Assembly: GCA_021372515.1 (NCBI GenBank)
Contig: JAJFUG010000073.1
Coordinates: 25,796 to 89,795, forward strand
Direction of reading: 5' to 3'
DNA from: a bacterium
GTDB lineage: Bacteria > Gemmatimonadota > Glassbacteria > GWA2-58-10
Length of the DNA stretch: 64,000 bases
The notes under the pieces are model-generated. The model saw only the letters and a list, made by a program, of their open reading frames with translations, was not told the DNA's origin and did not search any database. The translations under genes and the position numbers were made by a program. Within the stretch, counting starts at the first letter, position 1; the number at the start of each line of letters is the position of its first letter. This document shows, one piece after another, positions 55,206 to 64,000 of the stretch.

Positions 55206-56549
55206 ATGAGATATACGCCACACACCGAGGCCGATGTCAAGAGGATGCTCGAAAGCCTCGGCCTGAATTCGCTGGATGAGCTTTTCCGTTCCATCCCGGC
55301 CGAGGTCCAGGCCCGCTGCCGTCTGAGCCTGCCCGAGCCCTTGACCGAGATGGAAGTCACCGCCCTGGTCGAGGAGGTGGCCGCCGCCAACTGCGACCCC
55401 TTCGCCACGCTCAGTTTCCTGGGCGGCGGGGCCTGGGACCACTACATCCCGGCCGCCACCTGGCAGCTCCTTTCGCGCTCCGAGCTCTACACCTGCTACA
55501 CGCCCTACCAGGCCGAGGTCAGCCAGGGCACGCTCCAGGCGATCTACGAGTACCAGAGTCTTGTCTGCCGCCTGACCGGCATGGACATCGCCAACGCCAG
55601 CGGCTACGACGGCGGCTCGGTCACGGCGGATGCCGCCCTGATGGCCGCCGCGATCAATGATGAGCGTTCGGTGGTCCTGGTCTCGGACACGGTGAACCCG
55701 GCCTACCGTCAGGTGGTGGAAACCTACAATTCCGGTGGGCGCTGCACTGTGCGCCGGGTGCCGTCGAAGAACGGCGCCACCGACCCTGAGGCCCTGGCCG
55801 CGGCCCTGGATGAGGACACGGTCTGCGTTATCGTGCAGAGCCCCAATTTCCTGGGAGCGCTGGAGGACACCGCAGCCCTCTGCGCCCTGGCGAAAGAAAA
55901 GGGTGCGCTCTCGGTGGTGGTCTGCGACCCGGTGGCCCTGGCCCTGACCACCTCGCCCGGCGAGGCGGGGGCCGATATCGCAGTGGGCGAGGGCCAGCCC
56001 TTGGGCGTGCCGCTCAGTTTCGGCGGACCGTATCTGGGCTTTTTCGCCACGCGCGAGGGCTACAAACGCCAGCTCCCGGGCCGTCTGGTCGGCATGACCG
56101 AGGACGTGAACGGCAAGCCGGGCTACGTGCTCACCCTTCAGACCCGCGAGCAGCATATCAAGCGCGAGCGCGCCACCAGCAACATCTGCACCAACCAGGC
56201 CCTTCTGGCCCTGGCCGCCACGATCCACCTGACCCTGCTGGGCCGCGAGGGCCTGACCGAGGCGGCGAACCTGAGCCTGCAGAAAGCCCACTATCTGGCC
56301 GAGCGTATCGCGGCCCTGCCCGGCTGGAGCCTGGCGTACCCGGAGCAGCCGTTCTTCCGCGAGTTTGTGCTGCGGCCGCCCAAGCCGCCGCGCGAGGTGA
56401 TCGAGAAAGCCCTGGCGCGCGGGTTCCTGGCCGGGATCGACCTGGGGCGTCTGGACAGTCAGTGGGAGGGCCTGCTTCTCACCGCGGTGACAGAGAAGCG
56501 GACAAGAAAGCAGATGGACAGCTTAGTGGAAACCCTGGCCTCGCTGTGA
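55206..56549 (+). CDS. gcvPA: glycine dehydrogenase (decarboxylating) subunit 1
   Basis: The sequence is typical of the P-protein N-terminal subunit (TCYTPYQAEVSQGTLQAIYEYQ). Length is 447 aa. Confidence 0.9.
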   Translation: MRYTPHTEADVKRMLESLGLNSLDELFRSIPAEVQARCRLSLPEPLTEMEVTALVEEVAAANCDPFATLSFLGGGAWDHYIPAATWQLLSRSELYTCYTPYQAEVSQGTLQAIYEYQSLVCRLTGMDIANASGYDGGSVTADAALMAAAINDERSVVLVSDTVNPAYRQVVETYNSGGRCTVRRVPSKNGATDPEALAAALDEDTVCVIVQSPNFLGALEDTAALCALAKEKGALSVVVCDPVALALTTSPGEAGADIAVGEGQPLGVPLSFGGPYLGFFATREGYKRQLPGRLVGMTEDVNGKPGYVLTLQTREQHIKRERATSNICTNQALLALAATIHLTLLGREGLTEAANLSLQKAHYLAERIAALPGWSLAYPEQPFFREFVLRPPKPPREVIEKALARGFLAGIDLGRLDSQWEGLLLTAVTEKRTRKQMDSLVETLASL

Positions 56550-56568
56550 AGCGGGGCCTTTTGGTTTT
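56537..56568 (+). terminator. Rho-independent terminator after gcvPA
   Basis: The stem GGCCTCGC-tgtgaa-GCGGGGCC is followed by TTTTGGTTTT. Confidence 0.6.
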
Positions 56569-56588
56569 CAGATAGCAGGCAAAAGTAA

Positions 56589-56616
56589 ACGGGCGAACAC
56601 AAGGTTCGCCCCTACG
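56589..56616 (-). repeat. REP-like element, 28-bp core (copy 2, inverted)
   Basis: It is the exact reverse complement of the 33719-33746 copy. Confidence 0.8.
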
Positions 56617-56880
56617 GTAGGCCCGCGCTGCCTGCGACTCCTGGAATCCGCTTTGATTCTCGATCCCCGGCGTAGGGGGGGCCGGGGGGATTTAATCAGA
56701 CAGTCCGTTTTACCACCTCTTTCGCGATATCCTCCCGCCAGACAAGGCAGTGGAAAGAAAGGATTAGATAATATCAAATCTCCCCTCAATCCCCCTTTTT
56801 CAAAGGGGGAGGCAGAGACTGCCCCTTCCATACCTCATGCAGTCAGACCCAATCCGGGCCTCCCGTGATTCTGATGTCAA

Positions 56881-56912
56881 AAAGAAAAGGGCACGGCAGG
56901 CCGTGCCCTTAC
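56881..56912 (-). terminator. Rho-independent terminator of accA (REP-related stem GGGCACGG/CCGTGCCC with GTAA head)
   Basis: On the minus strand AAGGGCACGGCCTGCCGTGCCC is followed by TTTTCTTTTT. Confidence 0.75.
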
Positions 56913-56942
56913 AGTAAAATCCATAGCTTAAACAGCCCCACC

Positions 56943-57899
56943 TCACTCCTCGTACGCACCCATGTGGCTGAACTTGTCGATCCGCTGGCGCACCAGCTCC
57001 TCGGGCTTGACCTTGCTGAGCTGAGCCAGGTGGCGCGAGAGCACCTCTTTCAGGCTGGCCGAGGAGGCGGCCGGGTCCATGTGCGCCCCGCCGTTGGGCT
57101 CGGGGATTATCTCGTCGATTATGCCGAACCCGAACAGGCTTTTAGCGTCCAGCTTGAGCGCTGCGGCGGCTTTCTCCTTCTCCGCGTCATCGCGCCACAG
57201 GATCGAGGCGCAGCCCTCGGGCGAGATAACCGAGTAGGTCGCGTTCTCGAGCATCAGCACCCGGTTGCCCATGCCCAGGGCCAGGGCCCCCCCGCTTCCG
57301 CCCTCGCCGATAATCACTGAGACCAGGGGCGTGCGCAACAGGGTCATCTCGCGCAGGTTGCGGGCGATCGCCTCGGCCTGGCCGCGCTCCTCGGCCCCCA
57401 GGCCGGGGTAGGCGCCCGTGGTGTCGATCAGGGTCACCACCGGACGGCTGAACTTCTCGGCCAGGTACATCAGGCGCAACGCCTTGCGATAGCCCTCCGG
57501 GTGCGGCATCCCGAAATTGCGGTAGATTTTCTCCTTGGTGTCGCGGCCTTTCTGCTGGCCGATCACCATCACGGCCCGGCCCTCGAACCAGGCCCAGCCG
57601 GCCACGATGCTCGGGTCGTCGCGGAACTGACGGTCGCCGTGGAGCTCCACGAACCCCTCGAACACTGAGCCGATGTAGTCCAGGGCGTAAGGGCGCTGCG
57701 GGTGACGGGCCAGCTGGACCCGCTGGTAAGGTGTGATCTTGCGGTATATTTCCTCCCGCAGGCGCGCCAGTTTTTTCTCCAGCTTGCCGATCTCGGAACG
57801 CAGGTCCAGGCCCTGGCTCTCCGACAGACGGTCCAGTTCGGCGATCCTGTCCACCAGGTCGTGGATCGGTTTCTCGAAATCGAGGTACTGACCGTTCAT
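56943..57899 (-). CDS. accA: acetyl-CoA carboxylase carboxyltransferase subunit alpha
   Basis: Start at ATG 57897-57899 ([12 protein letters not shown]...). AccA motifs are present ([50 protein letters not shown]). Confidence 0.9.
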   Translation of the reverse strand: MNGQYLDFEKPIHDLVDRIAELDRLSESQGLDLRSEIGKLEKKLARLREEIYRKITPYQRVQLARHPQRPYALDYIGSVFEGFVELHGDRQFRDDPSIVAGWAWFEGRAVMVIGQQKGRDTKEKIYRNFGMPHPEGYRKALRLMYLAEKFSRPVVTLIDTTGAYPGLGAEERGQAEAIARNLREMTLLRTPLVSVIIGEGGSGGALALGMGNRVLMLENATYSVISPEGCASILWRDDAEKEKAAAALKLDAKSLFGFGIIDEIIPEPNGGAHMDPAASSASLKEVLSRHLAQLSKVKPEELVRQRIDKFSHMGAYEE

Positions 57900-58035
57900 C
57901 GTGGCATTCTCCGCTCGTGAATCCGTGGTCCGGGCGGCATGCGCGCCGGGATTGGTCTTCCAGTCCAGTTTGCGGGGACAATAAGCCCCATTGCGGTGTC
58001 GCACAAGCCAGGCCCGCCGTGAGCGCTCCAGGCGC

Positions 58036-59244
58036 TCAGTCCAGTCCGAGCAGCCCCTTGGCCACGTCGCGGCAGAACTTCTCGAGCACTGGCTTTTCCA
58101 GCCCGAGCCCGTCAACCAGCCAGTCACCCTGGCCGGGATAGAAGCTGGCGAACGTATAATCGATGTCCTTCCTGGTCGTGCGCAGGTAGAGCGACCAGAC
58201 CTTGTACAGCTTGTCCGTGGGCAGCATGTCCGTGCCCCAGATCACCTTGTGCGGCATGCGGTTGATCAGCTCGCGGGTCTTGGCCGTGCGGTTGTCGCGC
58301 TCATGCCCCAGCCATTTGCCCCGGCCGGTCTCGGCCATGCGGCCGCTGATGTCGCTGTACAGGTTGGGAGTCCGTTCCAGGATCCGGAAATACTCGTCGA
58401 TCCGGTCCCACGGATAGTTGGCGAAATGCACGGCGTTATAGTTGGTCTGCGGCGTGGACTCCACCAGATTGAAGAAGTCCTCGTGCAGCTGCCAGGCGTC
58501 GCGGTCGGTGAAATTCTTGGCGTAGAGGTGCCAATCCGGGAAGCAGGTGATCTCGCGCAGGCGCTCGTTGCCCTCCAGGGGCATCAGGAACATCCAGGGA
58601 TCGCCGTAGTGGATCCAGATCGGCATGCCCAGGTCGCCGGCGTGGCCGAACAGCTCCTTGATCCGGGTGTCGTTCAGACGGGCGCGCTTGCCGTGGGTCT
58701 GCACATCCACGCCCAGGGCCTTGTGCACCTTGACCCCGCGCACGTTCAGCTTGCGGGCGCGATCCAGGTACTTGCAGGCTTTCTCGACCCAGCCCGGCTC
58801 GTCCAGCTTCCAGTCGAACGTGGTCAGGTTGACCACACGCTTGGCCAGACGGCTTTTCAGCCAGCCTTCCTCGACCTCGCGCAGGTACTCGTCCCAGTAG
58901 ACTTCCAGCGAGAGGTTGATGATGTATTTGATCCCGGCGCTGTCCAGCACCTGTTCCAGCATTTCCATGTGCTTCGGGCTGGAGGGATAGCCGGCCAGGT
59001 GGCTGTGCCCGTCCACCGCGTCTTTCACTCCCAGCGCGGTTTCCGGGGCCCGCCAGTCGATGGCCGGGGCCTCCAGTTGAAGACGCGCCATGCGCTGGTA
59101 GCTCGAAACCTTTTTCCGAGTCTCGGCCGGGACCTCGACCCATTCCCAGCCCGGATATTTGGGCGCCTGCTCACCCCAGAACTCCTCGACCTCCAGTATT
59201 TCCTTCTCTGTCCGGTCGTCCTTTGCCGCCTCGATTTTAAGCAC
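58036..59244 (-). CDS. amidohydrolase-2 (TIM-barrel metal-dependent hydrolase) family protein
   Basis: It has the metal-binding motif VDGHSHL and further His/Asp positions (IWIHYGDPW ... WGTDM). Confidence 0.65.
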   Translation of the reverse strand: MLKIEAAKDDRTEKEILEVEEFWGEQAPKYPGWEWVEVPAETRKKVSSYQRMARLQLEAPAIDWRAPETALGVKDAVDGHSHLAGYPSSPKHMEMLEQVLDSAGIKYIINLSLEVYWDEYLREVEEGWLKSRLAKRVVNLTTFDWKLDEPGWVEKACKYLDRARKLNVRGVKVHKALGVDVQTHGKRARLNDTRIKELFGHAGDLGMPIWIHYGDPWMFLMPLEGNERLREITCFPDWHLYAKNFTDRDAWQLHEDFFNLVESTPQTNYNAVHFANYPWDRIDEYFRILERTPNLYSDISGRMAETGRGKWLGHERDNRTAKTRELINRMPHKVIWGTDMLPTDKLYKVWSLYLRTTRKDIDYTFASFYPGQGDWLVDGLGLEKPVLEKFCRDVAKGLLGLD

Positions 59245-59477
59245 CTCTCATCTCCCCGCGCAATGTGTTACGGCAGAAACATGCCCCCCGTGAACACCGC
59301 TGTCGGGGGGACGACAATTAAGTATCATAATAATACGCAGGGGGATAAAAGGCAACTTAAAGGATTGGCCGGTCCGCGGGGGGATGTCCGATTGGGCTTG
59401 CCCCCCGGGACAGGCGGGCTTAATTTACTGAGCCAGAATCCGTTATTCGCCGTAAACTGAGCCAAAGGGGGCGGAGT

Positions 59478-60524
59478 ATGTCGGTGGGCGTGCTGGTGGC
59501 CGCGCCGGGCTGGGTGGCGGGTGAGCATATCCGGGCTTTCCAGGCCGACAGCCGCAGCCACGTGGCGGCAATCTGGGCCGGGCGCGATTCCGAGAGAGCA
59601 CGGGCCGCGGAGTATGCCAGACGGTTCAACCTGGACTGCGTGATTACGGACGATTACGAGGCCGCGCTGGCCCTGAGCGCGGTGCAGGCGGTCACGGTCT
59701 GCTCGATCAACTGTTTCCACTACGGGCAGGCGCTGGCCGCGATCCGCGCGGGCAAGCACGTGCTGGTGGAAAAGCCGGTGGCCCTCAGCCTGGACGAGGT
59801 GCGCCGTCTGGCCCTGGAGGCCGGACGTGCCGGAGTGCTCACCCACGCCGGGCACATCGTGCGCTATTACCCGGCGATCCGCGCGCTCAAAGGCCTGATC
59901 GAGCGCGGGGCGCTGGGTGCTGTCTACCACGCCGAGGCGGATTACTGGCACGCGCTCTCGGGCGGCTGGAAAGTGAAAAAGGACACCGCGGGCAGCGCCA
60001 TGCTGATGGGCGGCATCCACGCCCTGGACCTGGTGCGCCACCTGCTGGGCGAGACCCGCAAGGCCGAATGGGTGAGCGCCGTGGCGAGCGGCCCGTTCCT
60101 GCGCCAGGATTTCGACTATCCGCCCAATGTCGAGGCCCTGATCCGCTACGAGGACGGGGCCACCGCGCGGGTGGGGGTGGGCCTGGAGGCGAACATGCCC
60201 TACGTGTTCCACCTTCAGGTCAACGGCAGCGGCGGCACGATCCGTCAGAACGGCATCCACTCGCCCGGGTTTTTCCCTGGAGTGAGCCGCTTCGTGGAGA
60301 TACCCTCGCACTACCCGGATGACTGGGACGTGGCCGGGCACCCGTTCGGCGAGGAGGTGGCCGATTTCCTGGACGCGGTGGAGAGCGGCACGCCCTCCAT
60401 GTTGGATTTCCGGCACGCCCTGGCCACCTACGAGCTTCTGGAGGCGATCGAGCGCTCGGCGGCCACGGGCCGTCCGGTGCGGCCCGGCTCGGCCGGGGAT
60501 GTACCCCTGTGCATGCCGTTCTAA
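59478..60524 (+). CDS. Gfo/Idh/MocA family oxidoreductase
   Basis: It has a Rossmann N-terminus and the EKP motif (LVEKPVAL). Confidence 0.85.
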   Translation: MSVGVLVAAPGWVAGEHIRAFQADSRSHVAAIWAGRDSERARAAEYARRFNLDCVITDDYEAALALSAVQAVTVCSINCFHYGQALAAIRAGKHVLVEKPVALSLDEVRRLALEAGRAGVLTHAGHIVRYYPAIRALKGLIERGALGAVYHAEADYWHALSGGWKVKKDTAGSAMLMGGIHALDLVRHLLGETRKAEWVSAVASGPFLRQDFDYPPNVEALIRYEDGATARVGVGLEANMPYVFHLQVNGSGGTIRQNGIHSPGFFPGVSRFVEIPSHYPDDWDVAGHPFGEEVADFLDAVESGTPSMLDFRHALATYELLEAIERSAATGRPVRPGSAGDVPLCMPF

Positions 60525-60548
60525 CGAAAGCACACTTGCGGAGCGGGG

Positions 60549-61616
60549 ATGAAAGTCGGCATACTGGAATTCCGGGACACCAACGGACGCTATCTCAAGG
60601 CCCTCCAGGCCTATGAGACGATCCTGGAGCACAACGGCATCGCCTGCGAGCGCCTGAGCCCCAGCGACCCGAGTCTGCTGGAGCGTGTGCGCGGCCTCGA
60701 CCTGTTCATCGCGCGCTGGGGCCTCTACGACCATGACCGTCAGCTTGTGCGAAGTCTGCTCCCGGCTGTCGAGGAGCAACTGGGCGTAAAATGTTTCCCG
60801 GACCGCGCCACCTGCTGGCATTATGACGACAAGATCGGCCAGTGGTACCTGATGCAGGCCCGCGGGTTCCCGATGGTGGATACCCGCGTTTTCTGGGAGC
60901 GCCGGGCGGCCCTGGGCTGGCTGGAGCGCGAGGCCGAATACCCCCAGGTGTTCAAGCTCACCGGGGGGGCGGGCTCGCAGAATGTGCTGCTGGTGCGGGA
61001 TGCCGCCCAGGGCAAGCGCCTGGTGCGGAGGATGTTCGGCCGGGGGATACTGCCGGGCGGGTTCCTGCCGGGAGGGGTGCGGCTGGCGCATTTCAACCTC
61101 TACCGTGAGCTGCGCCGCGCCGGGGGCGACATGCTGCGCCGTCTGCGCGGCCTGGATGCCTCCCCCTGGTGGGTCTGTCAGAAGAACTACGCCCTGTTCC
61201 AGCGGTTCCTGCCTGGGAACGAGTGGGACACGCGGGTCACGGTGATCGGCGGACGGGCGTTCGCTTTCCGTCGCCTCGTGCGCCCCGGCGATTTCCGGGC
61301 CTCGGGCAGCGGGCGGATCGACTACGACCCCGCGGGCGTGGACCCGCTCTGTGTGCAGATCGCCCTGCGCGCCTCACGCGAGCTGGGGTTCCAGTCGATG
61401 GCCTATGATTTCCTGTTCGACCCGGCTGGTGGGCCCTGTTTCTGCGAGATAAGCTACACCTATGTCTCGCGGGCGGTCTATGACTGCCCGGGCTGGTGGG
61501 ACAGGGATCATCGGTGGCATGCGGGCCATCTCTGGCCGGAGTGGTGTCAGTTGGCCGATTGCCTGTCGCGGCCGGACTTGAAAGCGCCGGACCTGAGCGG
61601 GCTGGGTAAATTCTGA
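60549..61616 (+). CDS. ATP-grasp domain protein
   Basis: It has ATP-grasp core patterns (VFKLTGGAGSQNVLLVRD ... WDTRVTVIGGRAFAFRR ... DFLFD). Confidence 0.65.
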   Translation: MKVGILEFRDTNGRYLKALQAYETILEHNGIACERLSPSDPSLLERVRGLDLFIARWGLYDHDRQLVRSLLPAVEEQLGVKCFPDRATCWHYDDKIGQWYLMQARGFPMVDTRVFWERRAALGWLEREAEYPQVFKLTGGAGSQNVLLVRDAAQGKRLVRRMFGRGILPGGFLPGGVRLAHFNLYRELRRAGGDMLRRLRGLDASPWWVCQKNYALFQRFLPGNEWDTRVTVIGGRAFAFRRLVRPGDFRASGSGRIDYDPAGVDPLCVQIALRASRELGFQSMAYDFLFDPAGGPCFCEISYTYVSRAVYDCPGWWDRDHRWHAGHLWPEWCQLADCLSRPDLKAPDLSGLGKF

Positions 61617-61770
61617 AAGCCTGGCTGGCGCGGCTCGTTGGAAGCGTTGGCTGCACGTATGATTTGGATGGCAGTATCAGTTTTCAATGCGGGGCAAGGC
61701 GCGCCGTGCCCCTGTGCTGGCCGTCCTCGTTGGCGATGGTGGGTGTCAGCCACGGATGCCCTGGGCCTGC

Positions 61771-61798
61771 CGTAGGGGCGAACCTTGTGTTCGCCCGT
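61771..61798 (+). repeat. REP-like element, 28-bp core (copy 3)
   Basis: It is identical to the copies at 33719 and 56589(rc). The left flank GGGCCTGC is shared with the 56589 copy. Confidence 0.8.
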
Positions 61799-61861
61799 GG
61801 GTTGTATATAAGGGTTGTTAAAATTTCAGACTGAAATTCACCTTAAAACACAGTCGCTGAC

Positions 61862-63379
61862 ATGCTGGAAGCCCTGACCTCGAAAACAGTAGGCATCTAC
61901 CGCGACCGGAGCGTGACCGGTTATGACCCGGCTCCGCCGTTCGGGCCCGCCGAGCGCTACCCGGAGTACCCGTTCGCCTGGGAGGACTCCCCGCGCGGCA
62001 GCGGGCAGGTCTACGCCATGCTGCGCGGGCTGTTCCGGAGCATGGGGCTGGACAGTGAGCGTTTCGGGCGGAAAGAGTGGAACCCGCTGGGCGAGGTGAT
62101 CCGCCCCGGCGACCGGGTGCTGGTCAAGCCCAACTGGGTCCGTCACGCCCTGCCCGGCGGGGCGGGCGCCGAGGCGCTGCTGACCCATCCTTCGCTCCTA
62201 AGGGCGGTCCTGGATTATGTGGCGATCGCCCTGGACGGCGAGGGCGGCATCGTGCTGGGTGACTCGCCCATGCAGACCGCGGATTTCGATGTTCTGCGCA
62301 GCCAGTGCGGGATCGACAGCCTACTCGAATGGTGGCGCTCCCGCTCCAGGGTCAAGCTGGAGCTGGTCGATTTCCGCCGCAGCCTGATCGTGGCCGAGCG
62401 CGGCGACCTGATCCGCGAGCGGCGGGTCCTGCCCGGCGACCCCGGCGGCTACCGGGCGGTGAACCTGGGCCTGCGCAGCTATCTCACCCCGCTGGATGAA
62501 AACTGGCGTCGCTACCGCGTGACCGACTACAACCCGCGCCAGATGCGGGAACACCACAATGCCATACGCCACGAGTACCTGGTGCCGGATTCGCTGCTGG
62601 GTTCGGATGTGCTGATCAGCCTGCCCAAGCTGAAAACCCACCGCAAGGGCGGCCTCACCTGCGCGCTCAAGAACCTGGTCGGAATCAACGGCAACAAGGA
62701 CTGGCTGCCGCACCACCGGGCGGGAAGCCCCGCCGAGGGCGGGGACGAGTACCCGCGGCGGAGCCTGCTGAAACACCTGACCATGAGTCTTGGTGACAGA
62801 CTGGCAGTCACCCGGCCGGGGCTGGGCTATGACCTTCTCTGGCACCTTCGCCGCCTGATCGCGGCCGCGGCCCGCAGCACCGGGGCCGGTCCGGTCTGGG
62901 AGGGGAGCTGGTACGGCAACGACACGCTCTGGCGTATGGTCCTGGACCTGATCACGATCATGCTCTACGGCGACCAGGAGGGCCTTCTCGAGGTGGCCCC
63001 GGTGCGCAGCCATTTCGCGGTGGTGGATGCTGTGGTGGCCGGTGAGGGCGAGGGCCCGCTCAGGCCCAGCCCCCGCACCGAGGGCATTCTCCTGGCCGGG
63101 GCCAATCCCCTGGCCGTGGATGCAGTGGCCGCCAGCCTGGCCGGACTGGACCTGCGACGCATCCCCATGCTCGGCGCGGGGTTCCGGGTGGCACGGGGCG
63201 GCAACAGCCTGCCGCTGGTCAGCTATAACTGGGATGAGATCGAGCTGCGCTCCAACGAGCCGCAGTGGGACAACCGCCGCCTGGGTGAGCCGGAGAGTCT
63301 GCCCGGACGCCTGGATTTCCGGGCCCCGGAGAGCTGGGCCGGCCGGGTGGAGCTGCCGCGCGCCGGTGAGAGCCGATGA
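61862..63379 (+). CDS. DUF362 domain-containing protein
   Basis: It has the DUF362 signature (LISLPKLKTHRKGGLTCALKNLVGINGNKDW). Length is 505 aa. Confidence 0.7.
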   Translation: MLEALTSKTVGIYRDRSVTGYDPAPPFGPAERYPEYPFAWEDSPRGSGQVYAMLRGLFRSMGLDSERFGRKEWNPLGEVIRPGDRVLVKPNWVRHALPGGAGAEALLTHPSLLRAVLDYVAIALDGEGGIVLGDSPMQTADFDVLRSQCGIDSLLEWWRSRSRVKLELVDFRRSLIVAERGDLIRERRVLPGDPGGYRAVNLGLRSYLTPLDENWRRYRVTDYNPRQMREHHNAIRHEYLVPDSLLGSDVLISLPKLKTHRKGGLTCALKNLVGINGNKDWLPHHRAGSPAEGGDEYPRRSLLKHLTMSLGDRLAVTRPGLGYDLLWHLRRLIAAAARSTGAGPVWEGSWYGNDTLWRMVLDLITIMLYGDQEGLLEVAPVRSHFAVVDAVVAGEGEGPLRPSPRTEGILLAGANPLAVDAVAASLAGLDLRRIPMLGAGFRVARGGNSLPLVSYNWDEIELRSNEPQWDNRRLGEPESLPGRLDFRAPESWAGRVELPRAGESR

Positions 63380-63723
63380 GCGGACAGCCGGCATACGGCA
63401 CGCTCAGCCCGGAACTGGCCGAACGGGTGCGAATGGTGCTGGAGTTCCACCGCTGGGGCGCGCGGCCCGAGGGCGTGACCTCGGGGGGCACGTTCTACGA
63501 GACCGCCCATGCGAGGCTGCGGCGCGAGAGCATCGAGATGGAGGCTCTGCTGGCCGAGATCGGCCGTCACTGGGCCGGCAAGCTCCCCGGGCCGGTGGAG
63601 ACCCTCGTCTCGGCCGGGCGGATGTACCGTCGCGCGGCGGATTTCGTGAAGGCGGAGGAATATTTCCTGCGCGCCCTGGAGCTGGTCTACGACAGCGGCG
63701 AGCGGCACGGGGAGAGCGCTTGA
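63376..63723 (+). CDS. hypothetical protein (115 aa), translationally coupled to DUF362 gene
   Basis: It has an ATGA overlap at 63376-63379 and coding-like composition. Confidence 0.5.
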   Translation: MSGQPAYGTLSPELAERVRMVLEFHRWGARPEGVTSGGTFYETAHARLRRESIEMEALLAEIGRHWAGKLPGPVETLVSAGRMYRRAADFVKAEEYFLRALELVYDSGERHGESA

Positions 63724-63728
63724 GGCTC

Positions 63729-64000
63729 ATGCACCTGACAACCGCGGGCGGCTGGGGCGGCCGCGAAATGTACCCGCCCGAGGCGGCCCAGCTCCAGCGT
63801 AGGCGCGGTCACACGGTCAGCGTGCTGGCCAAGGTCAACACACCGCTGGCGAAGCACCTGGAATCCACCGACCTGGACTATGACCTGCTGCGCGCGGGTC
63901 CCTATTTCGACCCGGCGGCGATTGTCCGTCTGAGCCGTATCCTGCGTCGGCGAAACCCGGAGGTGATCCAGGTTCACCTTTCGCGCGACCTCCTGCTGGT
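63729..64000 (+). CDS. glycosyltransferase family 4 (GT4), N-terminal part; continues beyond window
   Basis: It has a GT4 N-terminal domain pattern (HLTTAGGWGGRE ... GHTVSVLA ... PEVIQVH). Confidence 0.55.
   Translation, partial: MHLTTAGGWGGREMYPPEAAQLQRRRGHTVSVLAKVNTPLAKHLESTDLDYDLLRAGPYFDPAAIVRLSRILRRRNPEVIQVHLSRDLLL

Noticed and set aside
56653-56868. 71-aa and 87-aa ORFs in the gcvPA-accA intergenic repeat region
   Set aside because: They overlap REP and hairpin repeats, lack an RBS and have Pro/Gly-rich composition, so they are likely spurious.
1-64000. tRNA, rRNA, tmRNA, RNase P, SRP RNA, CRISPR arrays, integrases or transposases
   Set aside because: No cloverleaf-like or known conserved ncRNA motifs were recognised by eye in intergenic regions. 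There are no direct-repeat/spacer arrays and no recombinase-like ORFs. An Infernal/tRNAscan run would be needed to be definitive.

Overview
This is a high-GC (about 65-68 %) bacterial chromosomal segment, gene-dense on both strands. Most long antisense ORFs in the track are GC-driven shadows of real genes. The core content is saccharolytic and housekeeping. It includes a secreted 1423-aa GH42-like glycoside hydrolase, two GH3 enzymes, a CE15 glucuronoyl esterase, a tandem alpha/beta-hydrolase esterase, a galactokinase-family kinase and a glgP-pfk-pyk operon. Housekeeping genes include SecDF, PBP1A, AccA, GcvH-GcvPA, a standalone AICARFT-type PurH and an OlsF-like aminolipid synthase. A two-gene module pairs a ParB/Srx-like protein with an SPL-family radical SAM enzyme by start/stop overlap. 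Two sharply bounded low-GC islets (about 38-40 % GC) interrupt the high-GC background. The first (29.69-31.09 kb) is a tightly coupled two-gene operon of uncharacterised proteins flanked by hairpins, and is my best candidate for an undescribed toxin-antitoxin or defence-like system. The second (36.74-37.85 kb) carries a DUF3800-like gene inserted exactly at the 3' end of a pyruvate kinase that consequently lacks its C-terminal domain, with a consensus sigma70 promoter plus a hairpin-rich, terminated about 58-nt RNA candidate beside it. Intergenic regions carry a family of REP-like elements (5'-GTAG head plus GC palindrome); one 28-bp member is present in three identical copies. No REP-associated transposase, tRNA, rRNA, CRISPR array or integrase is visible.
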